64,000 bases of DNA from Azolla caroliniana. Taxonomy: Eukaryota; Plantae; Polypodiophyta. Position numbers and translations under genes: made by a program. The DNA lies in the NCBI GenBank assembly GCA_043228905.1, contig JBHGNT010000003.1, forward strand, positions 4,030,001-4,094,000, in the 5' to 3' direction. The notes under the pieces are model-generated. The model did no database searches, was not told the DNA's origin, and saw only the letters and a list, made by a program, of their open reading frames with translations. Below, piece after piece: positions 13,101 to 25,088 of this stretch (its first letter is position 1; each line of letters starts with the position of its first letter).

Positions 13101-13338
13101 ACCGAGCTCTTCTCCTCTGTCTTTCATCGTTTTCTGTAGGGTTTGGGAGGCTGCTTTTGCTTCGTGGAAAGCCCGAGTGCTTCCGGTAGAGGCTCCATCT
13201 CTTGTTGTTGTGTGCGTTGGGTAAGTTGGTGTCAGCGAGTTGGCACTTGCCGGTTAGCCGGCTGTAATCTTGATTATAAATAAATAAATAAATATATATA
13301 TACATTCTCCTCACTCGTTGTTCGACCCTATTTGTGAG

Positions 13339-13945
13339 TGTTGGGAGACAGGTCCCTCCGGATGGGAAGGGAGAAGAACAGTGTCGATGGGAAACGGTAT
13401 GAACCGGATGGGGAGTACCCGACTGCGGAGAGCCGGATGGTGTAGGCCCGGTATGAACCGGAGGAAGAGACATATTCGTAAATATGTTTCTGAGAGCCCA
13501 TCGAGGCTACATTTGTAAATAGCCGAAAAGTCATATTAGTATAAATATGACTTAGGGCAAACTTTTATGTGTGTTGTTTTTTGTTGTTGTCATTCTTCCT
13601 TGTTGGTGCAAGAAGAAGAGAGAGCGCGTAACTGTACAGAGAGAGAGAGAGAGAGAGAGAGACGAGGTCGTTGCCTCTGTTGTAACCGCCGCCTATGGCG
13701 AAGATCTGAGAGCACGAGGTCGTTGCCTCAGTGAACTCACCGTTGTATATTCCTACATAGTGACAGTTTGCAGCCTGTGGGCTGCCGTGGTTTTTTCCCC
13801 TATTTTGGGGTTTTTCCACGTAAACCTCCTGTGTACCATTTCTCCCCTTTTGTGTCGCGTTTCATTACCTGTTTTTTCTGTGTATGAAAAGAATCTCGGT
13901 TGTGGCCAAGCGTCGGACATAAGGAATGTCCAGTTCTCGACAAGA
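13339..13945 (+). mobile_element. Solo LTR inserted in the gypsy 5' LTR
   Basis: TGTTG...CAAGA (degenerate CAACA), flanked by 5-bp TSD GTGAG (13334-38 and 13946-50); TATA-like TATAAATA, GA tract. Confidence 0.65.
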
Positions 13946-16900
13946 GTGAGGTCTCTGTGTATTTGTGTGTGTGCGACTGGGTCGTGGGTTCGTGGTGCTC
14001 CTCCTTTTGTTCGACTATTCCCGGTTCAGGGCCCTCACGGTCCCGCCTTGGTTTCTCCTGTGCGTGCACAATAACATGACATTATTTGGTGAACCCAATG
14101 TGAAACAAGGCGGAAGAGGAATCGGAGATGAGGGGATCAGAGCTCGCTAAAGCCATGTCGGCAGCAGTCGACCGGATAGTAAGTGCTCGCGAGGGCATGA
14201 GCGACCTCGACAGGGCCATTGAAGCAATTGTCAGTTATTTGGTGGCCTACCGAGCCGAAATGGTGATGAGGGACATCCCGGAGGAAAGGCGTCTGGCTGG
14301 GTTCCCTCGGGTGGCGACATCGGGCATCCACGTAGAGGTGCTCGAGGTGCAGGCTGGATGCCGGACTTGGAGAGAATTCGAAGCACGGCTCCTCGAAAAG
14401 TACAGGCTTGATGACGCGCTTCGGTTAACGAAGAGGGACTTCTTGGATTGGGTAGAGATCCCCGGAAAAGGGAGGAATGCGTCGGTGCTCCTCTAGCAGT
14501 TTGAGGAACGCTTTGCACGACTTTCGGCACTGGACAGGACTGTATTGGACATGAGTCATGTCCTTTTATTCGTGAAAGTTGTGGACGAGCGGGATCAGGA
14601 GCAAGTGGGTTTCCTGCTGGAAATAGACGATGGGTTGACGGCCAACTGGGCCATGGTAAAAGGGTTCTGTAACCGTTTTGACAATCGGCGTGAGTGGGTC
14701 GACAAGGGCTCATCGGAGGCAGGAGCGGTTCCGGCAAGGAAGCTCGATGGACCCCACCGGCACGAAGGGAGGAAACCCGGGATTGGCTTGAGACAGGCTC
14801 GACTTCGACCAGCGTGGTCAAGGGCCCGCCCGGAGGAGCGACTCTCGAGGAGCTGACGAAGATGGTATGAGACCTCCAGATTGCACAAGCAAGGAGGGAT
14901 AGCGGCGAGCAGCCTCGTGACCGAAGGCCTCCAGGTGGGCATCGATGCTTGTGGTGTGATGTAGTTGGTCACGTCCGGAAGGACTACGTGGACTTCGCAG
15001 AAGCAGTACGAGAGGGTGCATGCTAGCGACACCCGAAGAGCCCTGGAGCTGAATATCGGACGAGGAGGAATGAAGAGGCTGATGGAAGAGGGGGCGGCGC
15101 GCCATGCGGAGACCATCCACTACTCGGTGTCGGTAGAAATCTAGGTCGGGAGTGACGAAGGCCGGAAGGTGAAGGACTTTGGGTTCGGGCCGGTGGTGCT
15201 AGAAGGCCTCGCCGGTATGCACTTGAGGAAGGAGGAAGCTGACCGCGCGGAAAGATGGGTCCGAGAGGTCACCGGGTGGAGCGATCTGGTTGAGGAAAAG
15301 ACCGGCTTCGTGGAAGGTGCGTGCTAGAACTATGAGGTTTTGGAAAAAGACAAGCGTACGGGGAAGGCCGGAGGTGCCGAACCCTCGCAATGGTACGAAA
15401 CACGGTTCGGGCTGAAGCAAAATGATGTCGGTACTTCCGGCAGCCCGGATAAAGCAAAAAGCTGAGGGGATTTTTAGAGAGGGCTATCAAGGTGTGGGGC
15501 TGCTATAGTCCGGACACCCTAGAAACACTCCACACGTGTACCATAGGAAGGAAACCCTGCACTGTAGATAGGAAATTTTGGTTCACCGACAATGGAGGTT
15601 GTACGATAACCAACATTAGCGGGCGGGAAAAGAAACGAGTGGAGGGATGTCTCAGGGCGTGCAGAGTCCTAGGCCCTGACGATGAGATTGGTGGAGCGTG
15701 GAAGCGGTCTCTTTCGACAACACCTTGGGGCAATTAAGGAAGGTGTTCAAAGAAGGCCTCAACGAAGACCGAACGATTCCAGTTACTTCAAAACTTATGT
15801 ACGAAGTCATCACCGACTTCGGGGAGAGGGTCCAGTTGGATCGGGCGGCCCATATGCATATGAAGTAGAAGACTGTGGACCGGAAGGTGAGGCCAGTCGT
15901 TGCACCCTTGCCGAAGGGCAGCGAGTTACGGATAAAAGGGGTTGCGTCGGACCCAAGTTTACGGAATCCGGTCGGCATAGGACACCGATTCACCAACATA
16001 ACGCTACGGGAGCTCAAGGTTGGTGGGGGTGGCTTTCGACCGTAGGCGGAGGAGGAACGATTTTGGAGGATTCTCGGGAGGCACGAGAAGGCCTTCACAT
16101 TCTCGCCGGAAGAGATCGGGTGCGTGGACCCGACGGTTGTTGAGCCAATGGTTACCTTCACGGTACTACACGTGCCGTGGAATCTCAAACCGATTCCAGT
16201 ACCCAGAGCTCACATCCCAAAGCTGATGGAGCTGCTGAAGCAGAAGGTGGAGATGGGCATCCTTGAACCGTCGAGTGCCCCATACTCGAATCGGTGGTTT
16301 ACCGTGCCTAAGAAGAACGACACGTTGCGCTTTATTCAGGACCTCCCGTCGGTCAACAAGGTGACCATTCAGAACGCAGGAATCAGACCAACCATTGACA
16401 AGTTCGCAGAGGCCTTCGCCGGAAGGTCGATTTACTCGGTCGGAGATCTATACTCAGGGTACGACCGGTTCCAACTAGCCGTGGAGAACAAGGATATTAC
16501 GACAATGCGGACTCCTCTCGGCCTAATGCAGATGTGTACCCTTCCGCAAGGGGGGACAAACTCGGTAGCGCACATGGTGAATGCGATGAATAAGGTGCTA
16601 AGGGACTACATCCCGAACATCACCCTGCCGTTTTTGGATGATATTCCAATCAAGGGATGTCCGATGGAGGATAAGGACGAAACGGTAAGGCCGGATGGGT
16701 GTCGGAAATTCGTCTTAGACCACATCGCAGACTGCGAGAAGGTGCTACAAAGGCTGGAAGGCGTGCGACTCACCTTCTCCGGGGAGAAGTCGGCTTTCAG
16801 ATAGTTGGAAATCATGGTCGTCGGTCACTTGTGCGGGCCCTATGGCCGGAAACCGTCTCCGGCAAACCTCGAAGTCATTTCCACGATGAAGGAGGAGTGC

Positions 16901-17876
16901 AAGTCGGTAATAGAGGTGCGGAGGTTCCTCGGGGCGTGTGCGTTCTACCACATCTGGGTTCCGTATTACGCGCACATCGCAGAACCGCTCTACGGGCTGC
17001 TAAAGAAAGGGCGCAAATTTGACTGGGGCGAGGAGCATACAGAGTCGGTCCAGAGATTGAAAGAAGCACTTACTGCGGCACCGGCACTCCGTAAAGCGGT
17101 TTACGGCAAGGATGTTCCGATCTATGTAACCGTAGATATGAGCCTGACCGGGATAGGATAGGTGATCAGTCAGGAAGACGAGGACGACACACGGGTCCCT
17201 ATCCCGTTCGGAGTGAAGGTACTCTGGTGTATTGTCTTGGCAGTCAAGGCCAATAAAGATAGACGGAGGTAATAATCGAGACGGGCTACCTACCGATCCT
17301 TGGGATGGTTTCCGGATGCGCGACGCCAGACCTGGCAATGCTCAGGTGGATTGCATACATAACGTCCTTGAATCCGGAGGTACGACACATCTCCGGAAAG
17401 GACAATGCCATGGCCGAGATGCTTTTGAGAGCGAGGTTCGACGACGAGGATGGCATGGTTTTGGAAGACGAGGAAGTTGACCAGGACTTCTTCGAGTCGT
17501 CTTGCATGACAAGGGTAGGGAGCACCCCGGTGCTTAACGAGTTTCACAAAAGTGAATAGGAAGGGGAGTGGCTCAAGATTAGTAGATTCCTGAGGACAAT
17601 GACGTTGGATGCCGCCTAGACGAAAGGCGAAGCTAACTGAGTCCGGAAGAAAGCGTACCGGTTCTTCCTGTGGTACGGGAACCTATGGAAGCATCCAAAG
17701 AAGAGAGGCGGCACGAGTAGTGGCAAGAAAGGAGGAGCGGGAGATGCTACTCGCAGCGTACCACGAGAGTCCTTGGGCCAGTCACCGCGGGATTTGGGCC
17801 ACATTCGAGAAGCTAAAGGAGAAGTATTAGTGGCCGGGGCTATACCGGGACATGCACTAGTTTGTGATGACGTGCG

Positions 17877-20800
17877 TGTCGAATACATGTGTATAATGGA
17901 CGTATTCACACTATCCCGTTTTGGCCATTTATGTAATTAGCATAAAGGGTAGTTGCCCTAAGTCGGTCACTATATATAGTGACCTTGTAACCTTTTTGTA
18001 AGGTTGGGTGTTGTATTATTGCTTTGTGGAATAAGAAGTCTTTTGTGTGTGTGTCTCTCTCTCTCTCTCTCTCTCTCTGTGCACGATCTATGATTCTGTT
18101 ATACGCAGGTACTCAACAACAATCGAATGCTTCTTGATCTTCCTCATTGACGACCTCGTCTACAACATCTGGTATCAGAGCAGAGGTTCGGCCGTCATCA
18201 CCGCCTGCACAGCATTCGGTTCTTCACTTCATCACGGCCTGCACAGTATTCGCGTCATTCGAAGAAAGAGAGAAGAAGAACAAAAACGAGGCTTGCACCT
18301 CATCGCGTTAGATGCTCTTGCTTGGAGTAAGCCATCAGGTTGTACTCTGTTCCTTGTAATCGTAACCGCTCGAGGTGAAATCCCCTTGTGCATCATTGAC
18401 ACGATCGTGCTCCATTCGGTTAAACGGCATCCGAAAAGGTCATTAAACGCTGCTCGCTGCTCGTTGTAACCACTCGGTGCAGATCGGTCTCAAGACAACA
18501 ACCCCAATTCGCGCTTCATCCGGCTGATCGACATTCGGGACGATCAGTTGGATCTGTCTCTCTCGTCGCTGCAGCCACCCGAAGCAGAATCGGTTCAGAT
18601 AATCGGTTTCAATAATCGGTATTCGGCATATATATATATATATCTGAAGCGAACCGGGCTCACTCCGACTCGGCAACATTCGGGAAGACCAGTCGGTTCT
18701 GTCCCTCAAGTTACCGGAGTCAATTCGAGCAAGTTCAACAATACATATATCCGAAGCCGAACCGACTCGGGTTCAAATCCGACTAGAACGATATCGGGTG
18801 AGCCAACCGGCTGCACTCCAACAAGGTTCGTAGTCAACTTCGAACCGAGCTTCGTCAACCGAAACCGAATTTGATGGCATCAACATCCGGCTCGTCAGAA
18901 ATGAGTCTACGAAAGTTCGATGGATCGAACTTCAACTTCTGGAAGGAGCAAATGCAGGACTATCTCATAGTCAAGGGGCAAATCGATCCCATCGAAAATG
19001 AAGAACCTCCAGAAGGATACAAACCAATTGAGAGGCAGAAGCTGGACAGAATCGTCCGCGCCACGATTCGGATGCACCTATCGGAATCGGTATACTTTAC
19101 GGTGCAATCGTGTACGACAGCATTCGAACTGTGGAAAACACTGTCGGACACTTACGAAAAGAAGGTCGCCGCAACAAAGATGTTTCTGATCCGGCGCCTC
19201 TACAACTTGCGGATGAAAGAATCCGACTCGGTTCAAGCACACCTCAATGAGTACGAAAGCATAAGCTCCCAAATCTCGTCACAGGGGACGGCAATCGAGG
19301 ATGAACTCAGAGCAATGATACTCATGAGCAGCCTTCCCCCATCATGGGAAACTTTCGTCACAACTGTGTGCAACGCGTCAACCACGGCTGTTAAATACTC
19401 CGAAGTCACGAGCGCAATCCTGACCGAAGCAGCTCGGAGAAAGTCTTTCGCCAAAGACTCAACAGACGACGCTTACGTAGTACAAGGTTCGACAGACCGA
19501 TCGAACATACGAGGAAGAGATTCCTCACGGCCGCCGAACAATCAGCGAAGACGGAGCCAGTCACGGGATAACCGAATCTGCAACTATTGCAAGAAACCCG
19601 GACACATCAAAGCCGACTGCCGCGCACTCAAAAACAAGAACAACAGGAAGAGTGGCCGGCATGAGGAGATCAATTACGTTAGCTTCTCAGCTGATGTGCT
19701 ACCAGACGACCCGAATATACTATCAATCGAAAATCCAGTCGGATCAGAGGCTCTATTCACGACTGAAGAATCGAGCACATGGCTCTTAGATTCGGGCGCG
19801 TCATTTCACGTGACTCCTCATCGATCCCAATTTCGGCAATATACGATCCGTCACTCTGACTCAGTTCGAGTCGGCAACTCGCAACACTGTGACATCATCG
19901 GAATCGGCACAATAGAGCTCAACCTTGCAGGTGGCTCTACACTTGTACTCCACAATGTCCGACATGTACCCGAGCTCTCAAGGCCATTGATCTCAGTCGG
20001 ACAACTAGATGAAGACGACATTCATGCCGGTTTTTCTTCGGGAGGGTGGACACTCCACAGGGGGAACCTCCTGCTTGCTAGAGGACCCAAGATACACTCC
20101 CTGTATCCGTTACATGTTACGCTCAGAGAGGGTAACCTGTTTTTGGTGGATATTCCTGTGTCATCACTATGGCACAGAAGATTAGGACACCTCAGCAAGG
20201 CCGGCATCACGCACCTATCTAGAGCCGGATACATCCCCAAACTCTCCTTCTCCGACCATCAATTCTGCGAGCATTGCCAGTATGGCAAACAAGTAGCCGC
20301 ATCACACCCGACATCAGCACCAAGAGAAACGAGACCTCTCGATTTAGTCCACTCGGACGTCTGCGGCCCAATGCCGCATCAGTCTCTTGGCGGTGCCTCT
20401 TACTTCGTCACTTTTATTGACGATTCGACTCGAAAGGTGTGGGCTTATCCAATTCGCACCAAAGATCGGGTCTTCTCGATCTTCTCAGATTGGCTCGCTA
20501 TGGTAGAAAATCAAACCGGCCGAAAACTGAAATGCTTTCGGACCGACAATGGGGGAGAGTTCAAATCCGAAGAATTCGTCAAATTCTGCCGACAACGCGG
20601 CATCCGACGTGAATTTACGGCACCACACAGTCCGGAGCAAAACGGGATTGCCGAACGCATGAATCGGACAATCCAAGAACGGATAGTTTCCATGCTCCAA
20701 CACTCCGGACTGTCGGATGGCTTCTGGGCAGAGGCTCTACTCACGGCAGTACACATAATCAATATGTCGCCAAGTAGACCTCTAGGACTTCAAATTCCTC

Positions 20801-23255
20801 AGGAACTATGGATCGGCAGTAAGCCGAATTACGACAAGCTGAGGATCTTCGGATGCGAGGCGTACGCCCTCATTCCGAAAGAGGATCGCCGAAAACTTGC
20901 ACCTCGGTCCAGGAAATGCATTTTCCTTGGATATGGATCAGACGGCGAAATGGGATACTGACTCTGGGACCCCGAACGCAGACAAATCGTTCGAAGTTCG
21001 GACGTTGTGTTCAACGAGTCGGCTATGAATCCATCAGTCGAAAAACCGATCGAAGTCCGAAGGGTAACATTTTCCGATGTGCCGACCCTTCAAGAAGGCC
21101 CCGCTCTCAACACACGGTCAGCTTCACGGGTAGCTGAACCTTACACTACCGACTCGGACAACTCCGACTCGGCACAGCAGAACAATCCGCTTTCGGACCA
21201 TCCGACCTCGATACCCGATGCGACCATTCCAATCATACCTCGACGATCCGAGAGACTGTCGCAACCTCCGGAGAGGTACTCTCCTGGAATTTTCTTCACC
21301 GACGCCGGCGAACCGACGTCTTACGAAGAAGCATCGACATCTGTCGATTCAGCCACCTGGCATCTGGCGATGGAGTCGGAAATGCACTCCATTCGGGCAA
21401 ACAAGACTTGGGATCTGGTCGAATTACCCAGGAACCGACGTGCTCTTCCTTGCAAGTGGGTTTATCGACTAAAAGAGACGTCTGATTCGACCACCCCAAA
21501 GTACAAGGCCAGATTAGTTGCGAAGGGCTTCCGACAAGAATATGGCGTCGACTTCGACGAGATTTTTTCACCAGTGGTGAAAATGACAACCCTTCGTTTT
21601 CTACTCGGCGTAGTGGCAGCCGACAACCTGGAGCTGATCCAGCTAGATGTCAAAACAACATTCCTCCATGGTGATCTTGAAGAGGAAATTTATATGGAGC
21701 AGCCAAAAGGCTTCGTTGCTACTGGCCAAGAACATCTAGTCTGCCGACTCAGGAAGAGTCTATACGGCCTCAAACAGGCACCACGACAATGGTACAAGAA
21801 GTTCGACGACTTCATCCAATCGATCGGCTTCTCAAAAAGCGATGAGGACCATTGTCTCTTCACCAACACAGCTCAAGATGGATCACCCATCTTCCTCATC
21901 ATTTACGTGGACGACATGCTAATTTCTGGACGCCACGCGGGCGAACTTGCCGATCTCATTCGGCAACTGCGGTTGAAGTTTGCCATGAAGGACCTCGGTC
22001 CGGCACGACACATACTCGGCATGAAGATTAGTCGGCATCGCGATAAACGACATCTTTTTCTGTCTCAGACCGACTATATCCGACGTGTCTTAGAACGCTT
22101 CAACATGCAATCAGCCAAATCTGCTTCAACCCCGCTCCCTATGAATCTTCGGCTCTCTCAGCGAGACTGCCCGACATCCGGTCCGGAGGGGGAAGATATG
22201 AAGTCGGTACCGTATGCACCGGCAGTCGGCTCCCCTATGTACCTGATGGTCGCGACACGGCCTGATATTTCTCACGCCGTAGGAGTCGTTAGCAGATTTA
22301 TGCACAATCCCAGCCGATCGCATTGGAACGCAGTCAAGCATGTGTTCAGATATCTGGCTGGCACAAAAGACCACGGCATTCTTTTCGGTCCGAACCGAAC
22401 CTCAGGCGTAGTCGGTTACACCGACTCGGACTTCGCCGGCTGTATAGACAGTCGGAAATCAACAACCGGATACTGCTTCAAATTCGGCAATGGAGCAATT
22501 TCGTGGAAGTCGAAACTTCAGGAGTGCACAGCGACCTCAACGACCGAAGCAGAATATGTAGCTGCGTCCGACGCAGCAAAAGAAGCCTTATGGCTCGGTC
22601 GGCTGGCGCACACGTTTCGGCAAGTCGATCATGACTCGGCCCCAGTTGTCTATAGCGACAGTCAAGGTGCTGTTGCCCTGTCGAAAAATCCGGTTCACCA
22701 CAACGCCTCCAAGCATATCGACGTTCGATATCACTTCGTTCGGGACTGCGTCATTTCAGGGAAAATCGGTCTAGAGAAAATATCCACAACCGACAATGTC
22801 GCAGATGGAATGACCAAGTGTCTTTCGGCAGACCGTTTTCGGTCTCTTCGGCATCAGATGGGCGTAACGACAAACCAGTCCGGTTAGAGCCGGACACAGA
22901 GCAGGATGGTTCCCGACAACCGACATCAGTTCCTTAATGATCGGCTTCAACTGTTCCGACCCGACCAGTTCGGTCTTCTGCCTTCGGACCCTGCCGACTC
23001 GAACAAAGCTGATATGTCCGAGAACCTAAGTCTATACCTGTAATCTTAGATAACCCATGTATACGCCCATTACGGGGGAGTGTCGAATACATGTGTATAA
23101 TGGACGTATTCACACTATCCCGTTTTGGCCATTTATGTAATTAGCATAAAGGGTAGTTGCCCTAAGTCGGTCACTATATATAGTGACCTTGTAACCTTTT
23201 TGTAAGGTTGGGTGTTGTATTATTGCTTTGTGGAATAAGAAGTCTTTTGTGTGTG

Positions 23256-23286
<31 letters not shown>

Positions 23287-23371
23287 ACGATCTATGATTC
23301 TGTTATACGCAGGTACTCAACAGCAATCGAATGCTTCTTGATCTTCCTCATTGACGACCTCGTCTACAACA
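17877..23371 (+). mobile_element. Ty1/copia element 2, full length and very young
   Basis: 291-bp LTRs 17877-18167 and 23081-23371 (one SNP plus a microsatellite boundary shift); TSD GTGCG; PBS TGGTATCAGAGC at 18170; PPT GGGGGAG. Confidence 0.97.
18874..22887 (+). pseudogene. Copia Gag-Pol polyprotein (Gag, zinc knuckle, protease, integrase, RT, RNase H) with a single in-frame TGA at 20959-20961
   Basis: ORFs 18871-20961 and 21007-22887 are in the same frame; CNYCKKPGHIKADC, WLLDSGAS, VHSDVCGP, IYVDDML, YTDSDFAG. Confidence 0.92.
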
Positions 23372-24081
23372 GTGCGACAGCTGCCAGATGCACTCCACGA
23401 TCCGGCATCGAGACGAGCTGCAACCGACCTACTCCCCAACCATCCATTTCAAGTGGATGGTAGATTTGGTGATCATGCCAATAGGGGTATGACAAATGTG
23501 GTACCTGGTATGGCGTGAGAAGACTTGACGAACAAAGTGGAGGGCTGTGAACCAAGTGGACGACCGCGGCGGTGTGCCGATTCCTGATTGAGGAGGTGGT
23601 GTGCCGGTACGGGTGCGTAGGAAAGATCGTGGTAGATCGGGGGGAGCTGGACATGCAGGAAGCCGAAGAGTTGTTCAACCAGTTAGGGGCAAGCTCTCCC
23701 TCACTATGGCGTACAACCTAGAGGCGAACGGGAAAATAGAACGAGGGCACGACCCAATCGTGAAGGTGTTGGTGTGAGCGTGTGAAGGGCAGGTCGGGAA
23801 TTGGCCACAGCTTCTACCTTATGCACTGTGGCCGGACCGGACTACGCACAGTTCGGTGACCGGGTTCATGCCGGCGGAGTTGATATATGGGCAAAAACCG
23901 ATTATGCCAGTGGAGCGGGCAATCACTTCGTGGGCCACGGTGGTTTGGAGGAACGAAATCAGCCAGGAAGAGCTGTTGGCGGCGCAGATTCGACAACTTG
24001 AACGAAGACCGGAGGACGTAGAGCGAGCAATGGAGAAGCTGCACACGGTGCGGGAAAGGAACAAGGGCCGGTTCGACCGGA

Positions 24082-24342
24082 CTACCCTCATTTCATTAGC
24101 TTGTTGACTACGTCGAGACTCGGTCTTGTGGTGGGTCAACTCTTGTAGCGAGCGCGCCAGCACCAGGTACGAATCGACGCCACGACGGTGGTATGGGACG
24201 CCGATCGAGGCTTGAGTCCGTCTCGATCCCTTCGCTCGGGGGTGGTCGGGTGGATCGACACCCTTCTTTCTCTCTCTCCTTTCTATCTATTTATCTATTT
24301 TCTATCCTTATCTAATGCTTACATTAGTCTATGTCTCTAACA
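24082..24342 (+). mobile_element. 3' part of an LTR of the chromovirus family at 50854-54227, embedded in the gypsy integrase
   Basis: Closely matches 53971-54227; ends CTCTAACA; interrupts ...RFDRT / IEEGDWVLVY. Confidence 0.85.
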
Positions 24343-25088
24343 ATTGAAGAAGGCGATTGGGTGTTGGTATACGACAGTAGCGTCGACAATCAGCACAAAG
24401 CAGTGCGAAAATTTGCAAAGAGATGGTTCGGGCCCTACGCCGTGGCGAGCGCTAACGACAAGGGCACGTACCATCTCGCGAAGCTTGACGGGACGCGGAT
24501 AGCCGTGCCAGTAGCAGGGAAGAGGATCAAAGTATTTAAGAAGCGGCATGAGGACGAACTGGACCCGTCAAGCCCGGACGATGGTGACGGTTGCATCAGC
24601 GCGAACAACGAGTCGGAGAATGAAGGGTGATTACGGGCCGGTTTTCTCCGGCAATTGCTATATCCAGCACATACCGGAGGACGTGCGGTTTGGTGGGGGT
24701 GGATGTCGTGGAGAAAACCGCCCCTAGGAGGAATCAGGAAAATATGTGCAAGAATTGGTCCTTAGGTGTGGACACGCTATTTAATTACTTGTACATGCTC
24801 AGGAGCAATTCGGTTGATGTGAAGATACTAGGTAGTACGCATTTATTGTTTAGGAAATTGTAGTGTATCTTTGTCCGAGGTGATAGGGAATAAAGATGAT
24901 GTAACCAGGGTATAACGGTCTGTCCCCGGAGGCCTATAAAGGGGAGGGGAGAAGGCTGAGACGGGGATTGCTTTTGTTGAGGACTAAGTGCTGTCAGACT
25001 TGAACCAAGCTCTTCTCCTCTGTCTTTCATTGTTTTCTGCAGGGTTTGGGAGAATGCTTCTGCTTCGTAGAAAGCCCGAGTGCTTCTG

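Larger units (their letters stand above)
12801..25088 (+). mobile_element. Ty3/gypsy element (no chromodomain seen) inserted into copia 1; 3' LTR truncated
   Basis: 5' LTR ~12801-14081, then a PBS-like TGGTGAACCCAATGTGA. Gag from ~14128; RT 16124-16804 (LPQGGTNS, FLDD), RNase H, integrase fragments 17700-24630. PPT GGTGGGGGTGGA, then 3' LTR from 24704 matching 12801-13185. Confidence 0.88.

Noticed and set aside
13081-17909. Many overlapping short ORFs in the gypsy body
   Set aside because: Alternative-frame products of GC-rich decayed retroelement sequence
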